Shown here: in pieces, positions 1 through 9,462 of the stretch
How positions within the stretch are numbered: position 1 is the first letter of the stretch
Layout: every line of letters starts with the position of its first letter
Assembly (NCBI GenBank): GCA_964410925.1
Contig: CAYPIW010000124.1
Span: 14,821 to 78,820, forward strand
DNA from: an uncultured Desulfobacteraceae bacterium
GTDB taxonomy: Bacteria; Desulfobacterota; Desulfobacteria; Desulfobacterales; UBA11574
Length of the DNA stretch: 64,000 nucleotides
Direction of reading: 5' to 3'
Translations under genes and position numbers: made by a program
The notes under the pieces: model-generated
Told to the model about the DNA's origin: nothing
The model's input: the letters and a program-made list of their open reading frames with translations, nothing else
Databases searched by the model: none

Positions 1-49
1 ATTATGAAATCGCTCCTTGAGTTCCCTGCTGCTCCTGATGATCATTGAA

Positions 50-994
50 TTACCTGTTCGTTTTGTGCGTCTCAATACTTAATTCGATCAACCGGTCAAG
101 AAGTCTGCTGAAAGGAATGCCTGCGGCATCGGCAGCAATAGGCAACAGGCTCGTTGCCGTCATGCCGGGTATGGTATTTGTCTCAAGGACAAAGAAATCT
201 TGATCTTTGAGAATCATGTCGGTTCGACTGTATCCTTTACAGAAAAGGGCGCTATGCGCTGTTATAGCTATTGCCTGTGCCTTTTGGGTCAACGCATCAT
301 CAATACGAGCTGGACAGATTTCCTGTGTAGCACCGGCCGTATACTTGGCGGTATAGTCAAAAAAATCATAGGAGTTATCCGGAATGATTTCTACAATGGG
401 CAACGCTTCTATTTTGTCATTCCCAATGACACCGCCCGTGAGTTCAATTCCGTCAATATATGCCTCTATTAACAGAGCATCATCATGAGCAAATGCTTTA
501 CCAACCGCATGGTTCAATCGATCTATGGATTTGACGATGGAAATCCCTACACTTGAGCCGCTGCCAATGGGCTTTACAACCAACGGAAGACCCAACCGCT
601 CCGCACACTTTTTCGGATTTAAGACGTCATCACGTTTTATAACCATGTAAGGCGGAACCCGGAGACCGGATTTTTCATAAAGCTGCTTGGAAACCAGCTT
701 ATTCATTCCTATGGCACTCCCGAGAACCCCCGACCCCTGATAAGGGATTCCAAGAAGATCCAGCAGGCCCTGAATCGTACCGTCCTCACCCATGGGTCCG
801 TGAAGAATGATAAGTGCGGCATCAATGGTATCTGCATCCGCCACCAGTCGCGAGATGTCTGTTTTGGGGTCATAGCGAATGATATCGTATTTTTCACTAT
901 CAAGGGCTTCATAGACCTGGTCGCCGCTTGCAATGGAGACGTCGCGTTCGGAAGATATACCGCCGGAAAGAAGTGCAACGGTCAGTTTTTTCAT
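50..994 (-). CDS. ddl: D-alanine--D-alanine ligase
   Basis: The track ORF 50..1084 has ATP-grasp Ddl hallmarks (LSGGISSERDVS near the N-terminus, HGPMGEDGTIQG, C-terminal ETNTIPGMT). I moved the start to the internal ATG at 992-994 (MKKLTVALL). Confidence 0.9.
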   Translation of the reverse strand: MKKLTVALLSGGISSERDVSIASGDQVYEALDSEKYDIIRYDPKTDISRLVADADTIDAALIILHGPMGEDGTIQGLLDLLGIPYQGSGVLGSAIGMNKLVSKQLYEKSGLRVPPYMVIKRDDVLNPKKCAERLGLPLVVKPIGSGSSVGISIVKSIDRLNHAVGKAFAHDDALLIEAYIDGIELTGGVIGNDKIEALPIVEIIPDNSYDFFDYTAKYTAGATQEICPARIDDALTQKAQAIAITAHSALFCKGYSRTDMILKDQDFFVLETNTIPGMTATSLLPIAADAAGIPFSRLLDRLIELSIETHKTNR

Positions 995-1256
995 CGAATT
1001 TCCTTTCAGTTTGTTAAATGCTACGGGTTTAAGAAAAAACAAGTTTACCATTTTGGGACTTGAGACGCCCGAATGGAAAGGCACTAAAACTTAAGGAATA
1101 TCAAGCAGATTTCAAATTTTCGTAACGCAACCCGGCGGGATGCGTCGGCGTTCAATGTGAAATTATTTTTGAGTGAGCCCTACGGTGCGTTGATTTTAAT
1201 AAACGATATTTGATAATCTCGTGATGAATTGGAATGGTAACAAACTCATCACATTT

Positions 1257-1742
1257 CTATGACTTGAACATCTGTTCTTTAAATTTTTTATATTCATCAA
1301 GGGTTATGAGATTGTTTTCAAGCAGACGGACCAGTTCTGAAAACTCTCTCTTGCGAATGACATCCGGGTCTTCAAGTTGTTTAAATTGTCCGGATGACGC
1401 CGTACCCAAAGCGGGAGGGCCATTTGAACCGCTGATTTTTAAAGATGCAAGTCCTCCTAATAGATTGACTTCAACGGTTCTACCGCCAAACCGATGAGAG
1501 TTAAGAATCTCCCGAAGCGTCTTACCCTCCATTTTCATACGCTTATAAAAATGATAGGCTGAAGCAAGGATGGCAGCAGTACCGCCAAGAAAAATCCATA
1601 TCATGTAATTTATAATACCACGGAAAAAAATGACAAGCAGGACCAATCCTGTAATCAAAACAACATGGAGAACCAGAATTAAATAGGCCATCAAAATACT
1701 TTTAAAATGGCTTTCTTCTTTTTCTTTTTTATTTAACGCCAT
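1257..1742 (-). CDS. membrane protein with SHOCT-like C-terminal tail
   Basis: 161-aa ORF with two clear hydrophobic helices (ILMAYLILVLHVVLITGLVLLVIFF, MIWIFLGGTAAILASAY). The C-terminus LITLDEYKKFKEQMF resembles the short SHOCT motif. Confidence 0.45.
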   Translation of the reverse strand: MALNKKEKEESHFKSILMAYLILVLHVVLITGLVLLVIFFRGIINYMIWIFLGGTAAILASAYHFYKRMKMEGKTLREILNSHRFGGRTVEVNLLGGLASLKISGSNGPPALGTASSGQFKQLEDPDVIRKREFSELVRLLENNLITLDEYKKFKEQMFKS

Positions 1743-1865
1743 AAAATATCTCGAAATTTATACTCTGCTATAAGAGCTAAAAATAAAAGGGCTTTTGAGC
1801 TTAAGTTTAAAACTACAATACATGAATTTGACAGTTTAGTAAAGGGTCTCGTCGATATTTTGATT

Positions 1866-2249
1866 TCAGCACGTTTTAGAATTTCCAAAACGTTCGATCA
1901 ATTTTTCCGTATATACCTGAGGCATTTCATGGGCGATTGATGTGTCTCGGATTGAGTTTAACTTCAGGATTAAAAAGTTTAATTTTTTTAACATTCGGTA
2001 TTTTTTAGAAGTTTCCTGCATCCCCGCCAATAGATCTTCGGTTTGTTTAATCTCCTTTTTCAATTCAATCTCCACCGGGAGACAATCTGCATTCTTCAAT
2101 ATTTTATAAGCCAGGCGAAGTTCTTCGGAAATAAAACGGTTATCCTCAAACGCCAAAGGTTTTCCGGCGCCGGGAAGGTTTTCGAATTCGCCCATTTTCT
2201 GTGCCTTTAAAATCCGTTCTTCAACAATTTTTTCAAAACCGCAAAGCAT
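1866..2249 (-). CDS. DUF1992 (DnaJ-C28-like) domain protein
   Basis: IVEERILKAQKMGEFENLPGAGKPL is the typical DUF1992 N-terminus. The start is set at the internal ATG 2247-2249, because the 23 upstream codons look like read-through. Confidence 0.6.
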   Translation of the reverse strand: MLCGFEKIVEERILKAQKMGEFENLPGAGKPLAFEDNRFISEELRLAYKILKNADCLPVEIELKKEIKQTEDLLAGMQETSKKYRMLKKLNFLILKLNSIRDTSIAHEMPQVYTEKLIERFGNSKTC

Positions 2250-2337
2250 AGCCAGTTTCCCAAATAAAAAAAGTATGTTACAGCAAAAACAATATAACAC
2301 AACCCGCGATCTTTTCAAGCCATAAAAGAGTAATAAA

Positions 2338-2366
2338 CAAAAAAGGCCCCTATAATAAGAGACCTG
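2338..2366 (-). terminator. probable original tRNA terminator left next to the tRNA remnant
   Basis: The minus-strand RNA reads AGGUCUC-UUAUUAUA-GGGGCCU followed by UUUUUUG. The stem needs two G-U pairs. It lies immediately downstream of the 21-bp tRNA 3' remnant. Confidence 0.4.
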
Positions 2367-2380
2367 TTTTCAATCAAAGC

Positions 2381-2401
2381 TGGTGGCGATGCAGGGAATC
2401 G
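2381..2401 (-). repeat. 21-bp direct repeat, duplicated tRNA 3' end (distal att site of the island)
   Basis: tggtggcgatgcagggaatcg is identical to 22720-22740, which is the 3' end (T-arm 3' half, acceptor strand and CCA) of the intact tRNA. Confidence 0.85.
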
Positions 2402-2472
2402 TCAGAGCTTTATAACCGCTTGATTTCATTGACCGTGAAATTTAAGAAATACGAAAATATCGATGCATTTTG

Positions 2473-2490
2473 CACCCTATGCGCACCCTG
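2473..2490 (+). repeat. CACCCT-type short repeats near the distal island end (possible recombinase arm sites)
   Basis: caccctatgcgcaccctg matches 22652-22669 (caccctatccgcaccctg) at 17 of 18 positions in the same orientation. Both copies are non-coding and lie 50-90 bp inside the att cores. Confidence 0.4.
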
Positions 2491-2492
2491 TT

Positions 2493-2675
2493 TCAAAGAA
2501 AGACCTTGTACCCCACCTTGAGAGCTTTGGCAAGAATTTTTGCTCGCTTCTTGCCGATCGGTCGTTTGCCGTTTTCCATTTCGGAAATTTGGCTCTGCGG
2601 AATACCGGTCAATTCCGAAAGCTGTTTTTGGGTTAACCCCTCTTTCACCCGTGATCCGGCAAGGCACACACCCAT
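2493..2675 (-). CDS. XRE-family helix-turn-helix protein
   Basis: 60 aa. GLTQKQLSELTGIPQSQISEMENGKRP is a classic HTH_3 motif. The gene starts 12 bp after the brxA-position gene stop, so it is the last gene of the operon. Confidence 0.8.
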   Translation of the reverse strand: MGVCLAGSRVKEGLTQKQLSELTGIPQSQISEMENGKRPIGKKRAKILAKALKVGYKVFL

Positions 2676-2687
2676 TTAAGACAAATC

Positions 2688-3440
2688 TTATTTTTGCAAC
2701 ATCACAAGGTTATCATCCAGGCCGTGCCGCAGGATATCCAAACGGGGCGAGAGGGAAACCACCTGCTCAGCAGAAATGTGTGCTAATCGGAAAGGGAAAA
2801 TGCTTGGGCTGTTTAGCAGGTCCTTGATGGCGGCTGATCCGTTCATACGAGCATGGAGAGATGCTTCCACCAGCCATGCGATGACCTTGGCATCCTTTAT
2901 CGGATACTGCTTTCCTGAAATATAAGCGCCTTTTATTGATGTTATATATAGAACACCCCAGTCCACAAAGCTGCTGATGACGTTCCTGGTGGCTCTAGAA
3001 ACTACCTCCCTGTCGCCATAGAGTTCCTTAATCCTTCTCCTTATCTGTGACGTTTCAATTGAGTTTTGAAGTCTAAGCAACCTACCGACTGAATCCGCCA
3101 CATCTCCCCAAAAGGGATAGGTTGCCATGATCATACCCCAATGCACCGCGCGCTTTTCTTCAGCGGACGATGATTCTAACAGCTTCAACCCATCATCTCT
3201 TAAATAACATAGGTAATTATCTGGGCTTATCCATGTCCTAAAAAGAATTGTGGCAGCTTTATCCCGACTGGAACGCTCTTTTGATCTGCTTTTAGGAAGC
3301 CAATTCATCAAGTAATCAGAGAGTTCTGATTTAATTTGGTCGCTTGTCATTCCAGCTAATAATAGATTAGAGACTTTCACAAGCCATTGATATCGAATCC
3401 TTTGGCTACTAAAACCTATCTGGGCCTTCTGTTTGTTCAT
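2688..3440 (-). CDS. brxA: BREX type 3 terminal protein (BrxA-position protein)
   Basis: 250 aa. It overlaps the pglZ stop by 4 bp and occupies the position BrxA has in canonical type 3 loci. The assignment rests on position only, with no strong motif recognised. Confidence 0.5.
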   Translation of the reverse strand: MNKQKAQIGFSSQRIRYQWLVKVSNLLLAGMTSDQIKSELSDYLMNWLPKSRSKERSSRDKAATILFRTWISPDNYLCYLRDDGLKLLESSSAEEKRAVHWGMIMATYPFWGDVADSVGRLLRLQNSIETSQIRRRIKELYGDREVVSRATRNVISSFVDWGVLYITSIKGAYISGKQYPIKDAKVIAWLVEASLHARMNGSAAIKDLLNSPSIFPFRLAHISAEQVVSLSPRLDILRHGLDDNLVMLQK

Positions 3441-5449
3441 GTATCCCTCATTTCGATTTGTACAAGAGGGACGAAAATTTCTTCAAGAGAAGCTCCGCCG
3501 TGTCCGACAAGGCGTTCGGTTTCTCGAACAAATGCCGAGCGACCAGGAGCCAGCAGAGCTAAATAGTCCTCGGGCAGACCGATCGGCGGCCATTCCAGGG
3601 CGTCAGGGAATCGCTCTTTGACTTGACCTCGCAGCAAGGAATCGGGGTAAATTCGAACACGTTCACCGCGCAGGTCTGCAACTGCTCCCTCAGCGGGACG
3701 ACCGTATCCGGCGGCCTCAATATTTCCATGATCCGAACTTAAATAGACACGGAAACTGTTCTCCAGAAGCAGATCAATGAGGTTTGCCATGAACGGTTGA
3801 CCAGCCCACTGTCGAACCTGGTTGTGCATCCCCGCACTGCCGAGCTCCATGCCATGCATAATCTTGTCTACTTTGTCCACAACCAGCCCCACGATGCGTG
3901 TCCTCGGCCTGGCAACCATCACCGCTACGCTATCCAAGTTGCCGTCACCCAGCCCTTTTGCGTATGCCACTTCTTGTTGTGTCAACCCCTGGTCTACCCA
4001 GAACTGGGTCCATAACGCAGGCTCCTTTTCAGTGGTATGGATGCTGTTCGGAAAATAGATGGGCGGCTTTCCTGCAAAGGCCGCCTGTCGTGAAACAGAG
4101 GTGATGGTCGGTATCCAAGCAAAAACCGCATTTTCTCGGAAACGATATCTGGGACGTTGCTTGGCAAGCTCCTTTCGTATGACGATCCACTGATCCAGCG
4201 AAAGGCCGTCCAACAGGACAAACGCCACCTTGTGTTCTTTATCGTCGCTTATATATCTGGAAAGGAAACGGGGAATATGGTGGAGCATAACTGGCGGAAC
4301 CGGTGGCAGATTGATCAACCCCGCATAACGACTTTTCAGCCAGGAAACAAGCACGGAATCAATTCGAGTTTGCAGCGTTACCATCTCCTGGCGGGTCGAT
4401 TCAGACAAGACCATATCCGATTCAAGAGTCAGAGCAACAAGCTCTGCCCAGGTCCTGGCAAAATGGAACCAGCCTTCATACTGTGTATCCTCTTTTGGAA
4501 CGGCAGAGGCTAAAGTTTTAAGGAGGCCATCCGCGCGGCGCGACCTATCAGCCTTCTCGTCCGTTCGGATACCCATGGCAAGCCAGGTTTTTGACAACGA
4601 TTCCGCTTTTTCATGGGGAACAGCCTCAAGAAGTCCTTCATAGAACAAATTGTCGATATAAACACGGATGTCGTCATGATCGAATGGTAAATCCGAAGGA
4701 CCGGGGAACTCAAAGCCATAGGATTTCTCATTTTCCTGAATGCCGTTGCTGCCCTGTTTTGTTGACCGGTCGAGAAAAATGGGCCAGCGTTCCTGAAGGA
4801 AGGCGAAAAACGCTTCTCGGTCAGGGATAATGGAATCGAGCGACCATCCTTCAAAGCCGTCGTTCTGTCGAAGGACCTGGATGAAACGTTCATCCAGAAT
4901 CGTCGGAATGCGCTGTTCACGGTAATGGCGACGCAGTAGCACGCGAAGCAGATCAGATGGCTTTCTGATCAGTTCAAGCGCGATCTCGAACACATGTCGC
5001 AGAACGAACTCTTTTGTAGCGTTGTCGCCTAAGACGCCGGGTGCATGTCGTTCTTGGGAATCAAAAAGCGCTTCAAGATCTCCGCGGTCCAAGGCGGCTA
5101 TCACTGGATAGCTCAAGTTTGGGAATATCTCTCCAAGGTTGAAAGATAACCGACGACCAGCTTGGAGCATATCGTACGGCAAAGAACCAAGATCGCTGGC
5201 TCCTGAGCGGAGTGCGACGACCAGATCCGTCTGCTCTCCCTTGTCCCAGCGGGAACGGAATTTGGTTTCATAGGCATAACGGAAGGCAACATGATCCTCG
5301 AATGGGATCAATTCAAATCCCCGCTCGCGTATCCCTTCAAGAATCCCTTCTTCCAGTAGAAGCCCATCTGGATCTGCAACTAGTGTCAGACGGGCCACAT
5401 TTGGAGTGAACTCCTTGAGAATCTGGTCGCGCCAGCTACTCATGGGCAC
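3437..5449 (-). CDS. pglZ: BREX PglZ, alkaline-phosphatase-fold protein
   Basis: 670 aa. The C-terminal half has PglZ-type motifs (AFVLLDGLSLDQW, TSVSRQAAFAGK, LSSDHGN). Confidence 0.85.
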   Translation of the reverse strand: MPMSSWRDQILKEFTPNVARLTLVADPDGLLLEEGILEGIRERGFELIPFEDHVAFRYAYETKFRSRWDKGEQTDLVVALRSGASDLGSLPYDMLQAGRRLSFNLGEIFPNLSYPVIAALDRGDLEALFDSQERHAPGVLGDNATKEFVLRHVFEIALELIRKPSDLLRVLLRRHYREQRIPTILDERFIQVLRQNDGFEGWSLDSIIPDREAFFAFLQERWPIFLDRSTKQGSNGIQENEKSYGFEFPGPSDLPFDHDDIRVYIDNLFYEGLLEAVPHEKAESLSKTWLAMGIRTDEKADRSRRADGLLKTLASAVPKEDTQYEGWFHFARTWAELVALTLESDMVLSESTRQEMVTLQTRIDSVLVSWLKSRYAGLINLPPVPPVMLHHIPRFLSRYISDDKEHKVAFVLLDGLSLDQWIVIRKELAKQRPRYRFRENAVFAWIPTITSVSRQAAFAGKPPIYFPNSIHTTEKEPALWTQFWVDQGLTQQEVAYAKGLGDGNLDSVAVMVARPRTRIVGLVVDKVDKIMHGMELGSAGMHNQVRQWAGQPFMANLIDLLLENSFRVYLSSDHGNIEAAGYGRPAEGAVADLRGERVRIYPDSLLRGQVKERFPDALEWPPIGLPEDYLALLAPGRSAFVRETERLVGHGGASLEEIFVPLVQIEMRDT

Positions 5450-8246
5450 CTCCTTTCACGTGGATAACGATAAGAGGCACCATTTCAGGATACACTTGGG
5501 CTTTACGCTTAAGGTCCTCGTTCCACGTCTGCTCTTCCTGCCGCAGGAGGTTCAACCGATGGTCGCGAACCTGGGGAAGGCCGACTCGTTCTATAGCACT
5601 ACGCCTGGCCGCGAAGGCATATTCCCCTTTTTCTCTTTCTCGGGTCAGACGCGATTGGTGTTCTTGAACAAGCTCATCATAGATGGTTCGCCCTTGCTCT
5701 TCTGCAATCCCTGCCATTCTATCGAAGGCTTCCTTGGATTTGTCCATGTCAAGATGCGTTCGGACATTAGGCGTCACACCCAGAAGCTTGTCCCAGAGAT
5801 GCCTGGCGGTTGGTGCAAACACCTTCCCTCCATCAGCTATGAACAGAGGCATGATCCGGTAGTGATTCCATTCCATCGTTGTGATGCCGATCCGCCAGAG
5901 AGACCATAGGCCCGTAACTTCGTTGGTGATCCCTGGAATTGTGACAACGGAGATCTGCTGCCCTGGAACAAATCGAGGCAATCTTATGGCCAGCCCCCGA
6001 ATCCTGGAATCTTCCAATGTCAAATGGCGGGCTGTAGGGGATTGGTCGGCTTCCTTGCCGCTGAAGACGACATTGGCAATTGTTTCGCCGTCTGGCCACG
6101 TCAAATTCCAGGTTCGTCGCTTCCGTTCAGCTTTGCCTCCGTGAGCGTTCAGATAACTCACCGTCATCCGTTCAACCCAGTGTGGAAAAGGGTGGGTCAT
6201 AAGTCGTTGGGCTTCAAATGGTTCCAGGTCCTCTGTGGTTCCCAGGACAGATGAACTCGCCTTTGCATCCCGAGCCTGATCCTGCAAATGAGCGATGACC
6301 TTGTCTACAGATGTGTCGATCTCATCCGGATTGAGGATGGCTTCCACATGTAAGTCATCAAAGATCTGTCCCGCCTGTGCCGAATCGAGTACGTCCCCGG
6401 TCTTGTCTATACCGAACTCCTCGAAGATAACCGCAAGCTTCTCCTCCAGCACTTCCCGGACATGGTGTTCGACCGAAGCCTCAAAAACGAAATTAATGGC
6501 GCGCACCACATGGTTTTGGCCGATACGATCAACCCGGCCGATGCGCTGTTCAAGCCGCATTGGATTCCAGGGGATGTCGTAATTGATCACCACATGGCAG
6601 AATTGCAAATTCAAACCCTCGCCGCCTGCATTGGTGGAAATGAGAATGCGCGTCACCCCGGCAAAGGTATCCTGGGCTTTTTTACGCTCATCCATATTCA
6701 TTGAACCGTTGAGACAGGCAATAGGAAAGCCACGCTCAACCAGGAACTGCTGCAGCATCTGCTGAGTCGGCACAAACTCGGTGAATACCAGAACTTTCAG
6801 TTCAGGGTCGTTTTCATCGGCCTGCAGACGATAGAGCCAATCGAGCAGGGCCTCTGCTTTGGCATCTGCCCCTGCCTGTTCACAGCGGGTGGCCGCATCG
6901 AGAAGCAGCTTTACCTCGGCACGTTCGTTTTTAAGCGCTTTCAGTCGAGTGGTTAGAAGCGTTTCGACTTGCTCTTGACTGTCGAGATCAGCCCACTCCT
7001 CATTGGAGTACATGGGAAATAGACTCAGTTGCTCCTGCGGTGTTTCGAGCGCCTCCAACCTTCGTTCCAGCGTAGTACGGATGGCACTCGTGCTGGAAAC
7101 TACCAGACGCTGCATCAATATCATGAGGAATCCGATGTAGCTGCGCTTCTCGCGCTTGGCTTGGTTGTAACCTTCTCGCACATACTCTGTGACCGCATCG
7201 TAGAGCTGCCGCTGGTCCTGATGCCGATCCTTCCAGGAGACCGCAGCAAGTTCTGTCTTACGAGGTTTGAAGAGGGGTTTGCCTTCAGCGGTGATAGCAA
7301 GTCGTTTTTCAGTCCGGATCACATAGGGTTGGACCCGGTCCCGTGTGACGCTGCCCACATCAGGAAACGCCTGGGTATCGATCAGGGAGACCAGCCTATG
7401 GAAAGCATCGGTCTTACCCTGATGCGGGGTTGCCGACAGCAGTAAGAGATACGGAGCAGCCTCGGAGAGCCCCTGGCCCAGCTTAAACCGGGCCACCTGG
7501 TCGGTGCTGCCGCCAAGCCGGTGGGCTTCGTCCACAACGATTAGATCCCAGCCGGCGGTGATCAGGTCCTCAAAGCGCTCCTGGTTGTACTCGGCCATCT
7601 GCTTGTCCGACCATCCGCGACGACTTTCCAGCGGTTTGACAGAATCCATGGAACAGACCACCTGCGGATGGCTCCGCCAGATGTTGTTCTCTTTGGCGAT
7701 ACGCCGATAGGCCGAAAAATCGCTGGGGATGAGCAGCCGAAAGTCCTCGTTAAAGTGAGTACGCATCTCGGCTACCCATTGGGTCACAAGGCCTTTCGGG
7801 GCGACAACCAATGTTCGCTTGGCCAGCCCCCGTAGCTTGAGCTCGCGCAGAATGAGTCCGGCCTCGATGGTCTTGCCCAGGCCGACCTCGTCCGCCAGCA
7901 GGTAACGCACACGGTCCCCGGCGATGGCTCGGGATAGGGCCCGGATTTGGTGTGGCAGCGGAATGACTGATGTTTCAATGGGTGCGAGAAGCATATCCTG
8001 GGTCAGGACATCGGCTACCCGCGCAGCAGCGGTTACATTGGCAATACCGTCAGAGGTGCCGGTCCCGGCATTCTCCAAGGGGGAAAGCCTGGCCGCAGGC
8101 ACTCGGACCACCGAATCGCTGCCTGGCAGCCACACCCGGCAGGTTGTTTCGCCCCAAAGAGTCTGGGTTTCGATGACCTGACAGAGCTGCCCGTGGTCCG
8201 GGCTGAAATACCATGCACTGTAACCTCTGGGTTTGGAGAGATTCAT
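5436..8246 (-). CDS. brxHII: BREX type 3 SNF2/DEAH helicase BrxHII
   Basis: Helicase motifs: LLADEVGLGKTIEAG (I), VVDEAHRLG (II), LLSATP (III), GGEGLNLQ and QRIGRVDRIGQ (VI). The start is set at ATG 8244-8246, which forms an ATGA overlap with the upstream stop. The track ORF extends to 8297. Confidence 0.85.
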   Translation of the reverse strand: MNLSKPRGYSAWYFSPDHGQLCQVIETQTLWGETTCRVWLPGSDSVVRVPAARLSPLENAGTGTSDGIANVTAAARVADVLTQDMLLAPIETSVIPLPHQIRALSRAIAGDRVRYLLADEVGLGKTIEAGLILRELKLRGLAKRTLVVAPKGLVTQWVAEMRTHFNEDFRLLIPSDFSAYRRIAKENNIWRSHPQVVCSMDSVKPLESRRGWSDKQMAEYNQERFEDLITAGWDLIVVDEAHRLGGSTDQVARFKLGQGLSEAAPYLLLLSATPHQGKTDAFHRLVSLIDTQAFPDVGSVTRDRVQPYVIRTEKRLAITAEGKPLFKPRKTELAAVSWKDRHQDQRQLYDAVTEYVREGYNQAKREKRSYIGFLMILMQRLVVSSTSAIRTTLERRLEALETPQEQLSLFPMYSNEEWADLDSQEQVETLLTTRLKALKNERAEVKLLLDAATRCEQAGADAKAEALLDWLYRLQADENDPELKVLVFTEFVPTQQMLQQFLVERGFPIACLNGSMNMDERKKAQDTFAGVTRILISTNAGGEGLNLQFCHVVINYDIPWNPMRLEQRIGRVDRIGQNHVVRAINFVFEASVEHHVREVLEEKLAVIFEEFGIDKTGDVLDSAQAGQIFDDLHVEAILNPDEIDTSVDKVIAHLQDQARDAKASSSVLGTTEDLEPFEAQRLMTHPFPHWVERMTVSYLNAHGGKAERKRRTWNLTWPDGETIANVVFSGKEADQSPTARHLTLEDSRIRGLAIRLPRFVPGQQISVVTIPGITNEVTGLWSLWRIGITTMEWNHYRIMPLFIADGGKVFAPTARHLWDKLLGVTPNVRTHLDMDKSKEAFDRMAGIAEEQGRTIYDELVQEHQSRLTREREKGEYAFAARRSAIERVGLPQVRDHRLNLLRQEEQTWNEDLKRKAQVYPEMVPLIVIHVKGGAHE

Positions 8247-8932
8247 ACCCTGGCCTCCAGCCTCAACTGATTGCTTTTGATACCGGAGCGCGACCAATGT
8301 TGGTCAACGGATTGGATAAAAGCAGGGCGAACTAATTTGGCCCTTCGCGCAAGCCAATCTCCTTGGTCAATTCGAAGATATAGCCCCTCTGCAGGTTCTT
8401 TGCTAAGTTTTGATTGAGAAAGAAGACTTTTTAATTCCGAAAAGGAAAAGTGACCGCGCCCTAAAATCGGCACCTGGAAGATGCCAATTTTACGAAGAAA
8501 CTGGTCCCGTCTCGGACATGAAAAGAATTTCACGTATTTCTTATCAAAGATATCGTATCCCAAAAACCAGTCTGGCAATCGATCATAGCTGATGGAGTGC
8601 TGTGCATAGCACCATTCTCCAAAAAGGATGAATTGATCTGTAAGCTGTTCAAAAAAGATGTCTATTTTTAAATTAAGCCAATCGGATAGCTTTTTCCACT
8701 GACCTGAGCTTGGAAGATGCAGATACGCCCCTCTATTTTGGGCACGGACATTTCCCTCAGCATCAAATGAGATTCCAAGGTTGGCCCCATCTACTTTTTC
8801 TTCAACAACAAGTTCATGACGAAAAAGTTCATCTCGTTCGGATTTCGAAAAGACCTTGTCGTCTCTGACTTCGACGTCACTAAGAAGTGCCAGGTGCGGA
8901 GTTGAAGGGAACTTATAAAAATCGTCTTTCAT
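8243..8932 (-). CDS. minimal RNA-ligase-like nucleotidyltransferase
   Basis: 229 aa with covalent nucleotidyltransferase motifs in order: EEKVDGANLG (I, KxDG), FILFGEWC (III), EGLYLR (IV), RAKLVRP (V). There is no room for an OB domain. It has ATGA overlaps with both neighbours. Confidence 0.7.
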   Translation of the reverse strand: MKDDFYKFPSTPHLALLSDVEVRDDKVFSKSERDELFRHELVVEEKVDGANLGISFDAEGNVRAQNRGAYLHLPSSGQWKKLSDWLNLKIDIFFEQLTDQFILFGEWCYAQHSISYDRLPDWFLGYDIFDKKYVKFFSCPRRDQFLRKIGIFQVPILGRGHFSFSELKSLLSQSKLSKEPAEGLYLRIDQGDWLARRAKLVRPAFIQSVDQHWSRSGIKSNQLRLEARV

Positions 8933-9462
8933 GCTCCCATTTTCTCCACATATTTTGCCTTAACATAATCAGGACACAGGAAATTTACGGTAATACCGAC
9001 CTCTACCAGTGCATCCTTCCATCCCCACCACTTGCTATCCGTCGCCTGTAAGACCGGCGGTTTTTTCGGATGGGCGTTCGAGACAGCGATGAACTTCCGA
9101 TCAGTGTTATCGAAGTTGGCCAAATCCTCACGGTCAGGAAATTCATCGTAGGAATAGCCGTTTTTGGTGATTATAACACGATCCACTTTGCTTGGATTCC
9201 ATTGATGGTCATTGACCCATTTAGCGAATGTGTTACCAACACCGCCTTGGCCGCTCAAGGAAAGATTGCTTATGTATTCATTAAAAATTTCACCCATATC
9301 ATCAATAACAAGTCCACCGTTTTTGGTGATATTCTGAATTTGACGAACGCATTCAGAAACGCAGGAGTCTGGAATATTAGATGCTGGATCTGGTTTTGTT
9401 GCCAAATTCGCGCTAATGGCTACATTCGTATCAACTATGCATTTATTGGGCGAACCGCTCAT
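8929..9462 (-). CDS. PIN-like nuclease-fold protein
   Basis: 177 aa. Four acidic positions sit in PIN order and spacing: IVDTNVAI, SECVRQ, DRKFIAVSNA, LQATDSKW. It has 4-bp overlaps on both sides. Confidence 0.55.
   Translation of the reverse strand: MSGSPNKCIVDTNVAISANLATKPDPASNIPDSCVSECVRQIQNITKNGGLVIDDMGEIFNEYISNLSLSGQGGVGNTFAKWVNDHQWNPSKVDRVIITKNGYSYDEFPDREDLANFDNTDRKFIAVSNAHPKKPPVLQATDSKWWGWKDALVEVGITVNFLCPDYVKAKYVEKMGA

Noticed and set aside
1-45. Possible start of a minus-strand gene (ATG at 43-45, MIIRSSRELKERF...) running off the left edge
   Set aside because: Only 15 codons are visible, which is too little to support a call.
2410-2827. Several overlapping 69-95-aa ORFs around the XRE gene
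   Set aside because: Only the 60-aa minus-strand frame has a recognisable HTH motif and operon-consistent placement. The others overlap it or the brxA-position gene.
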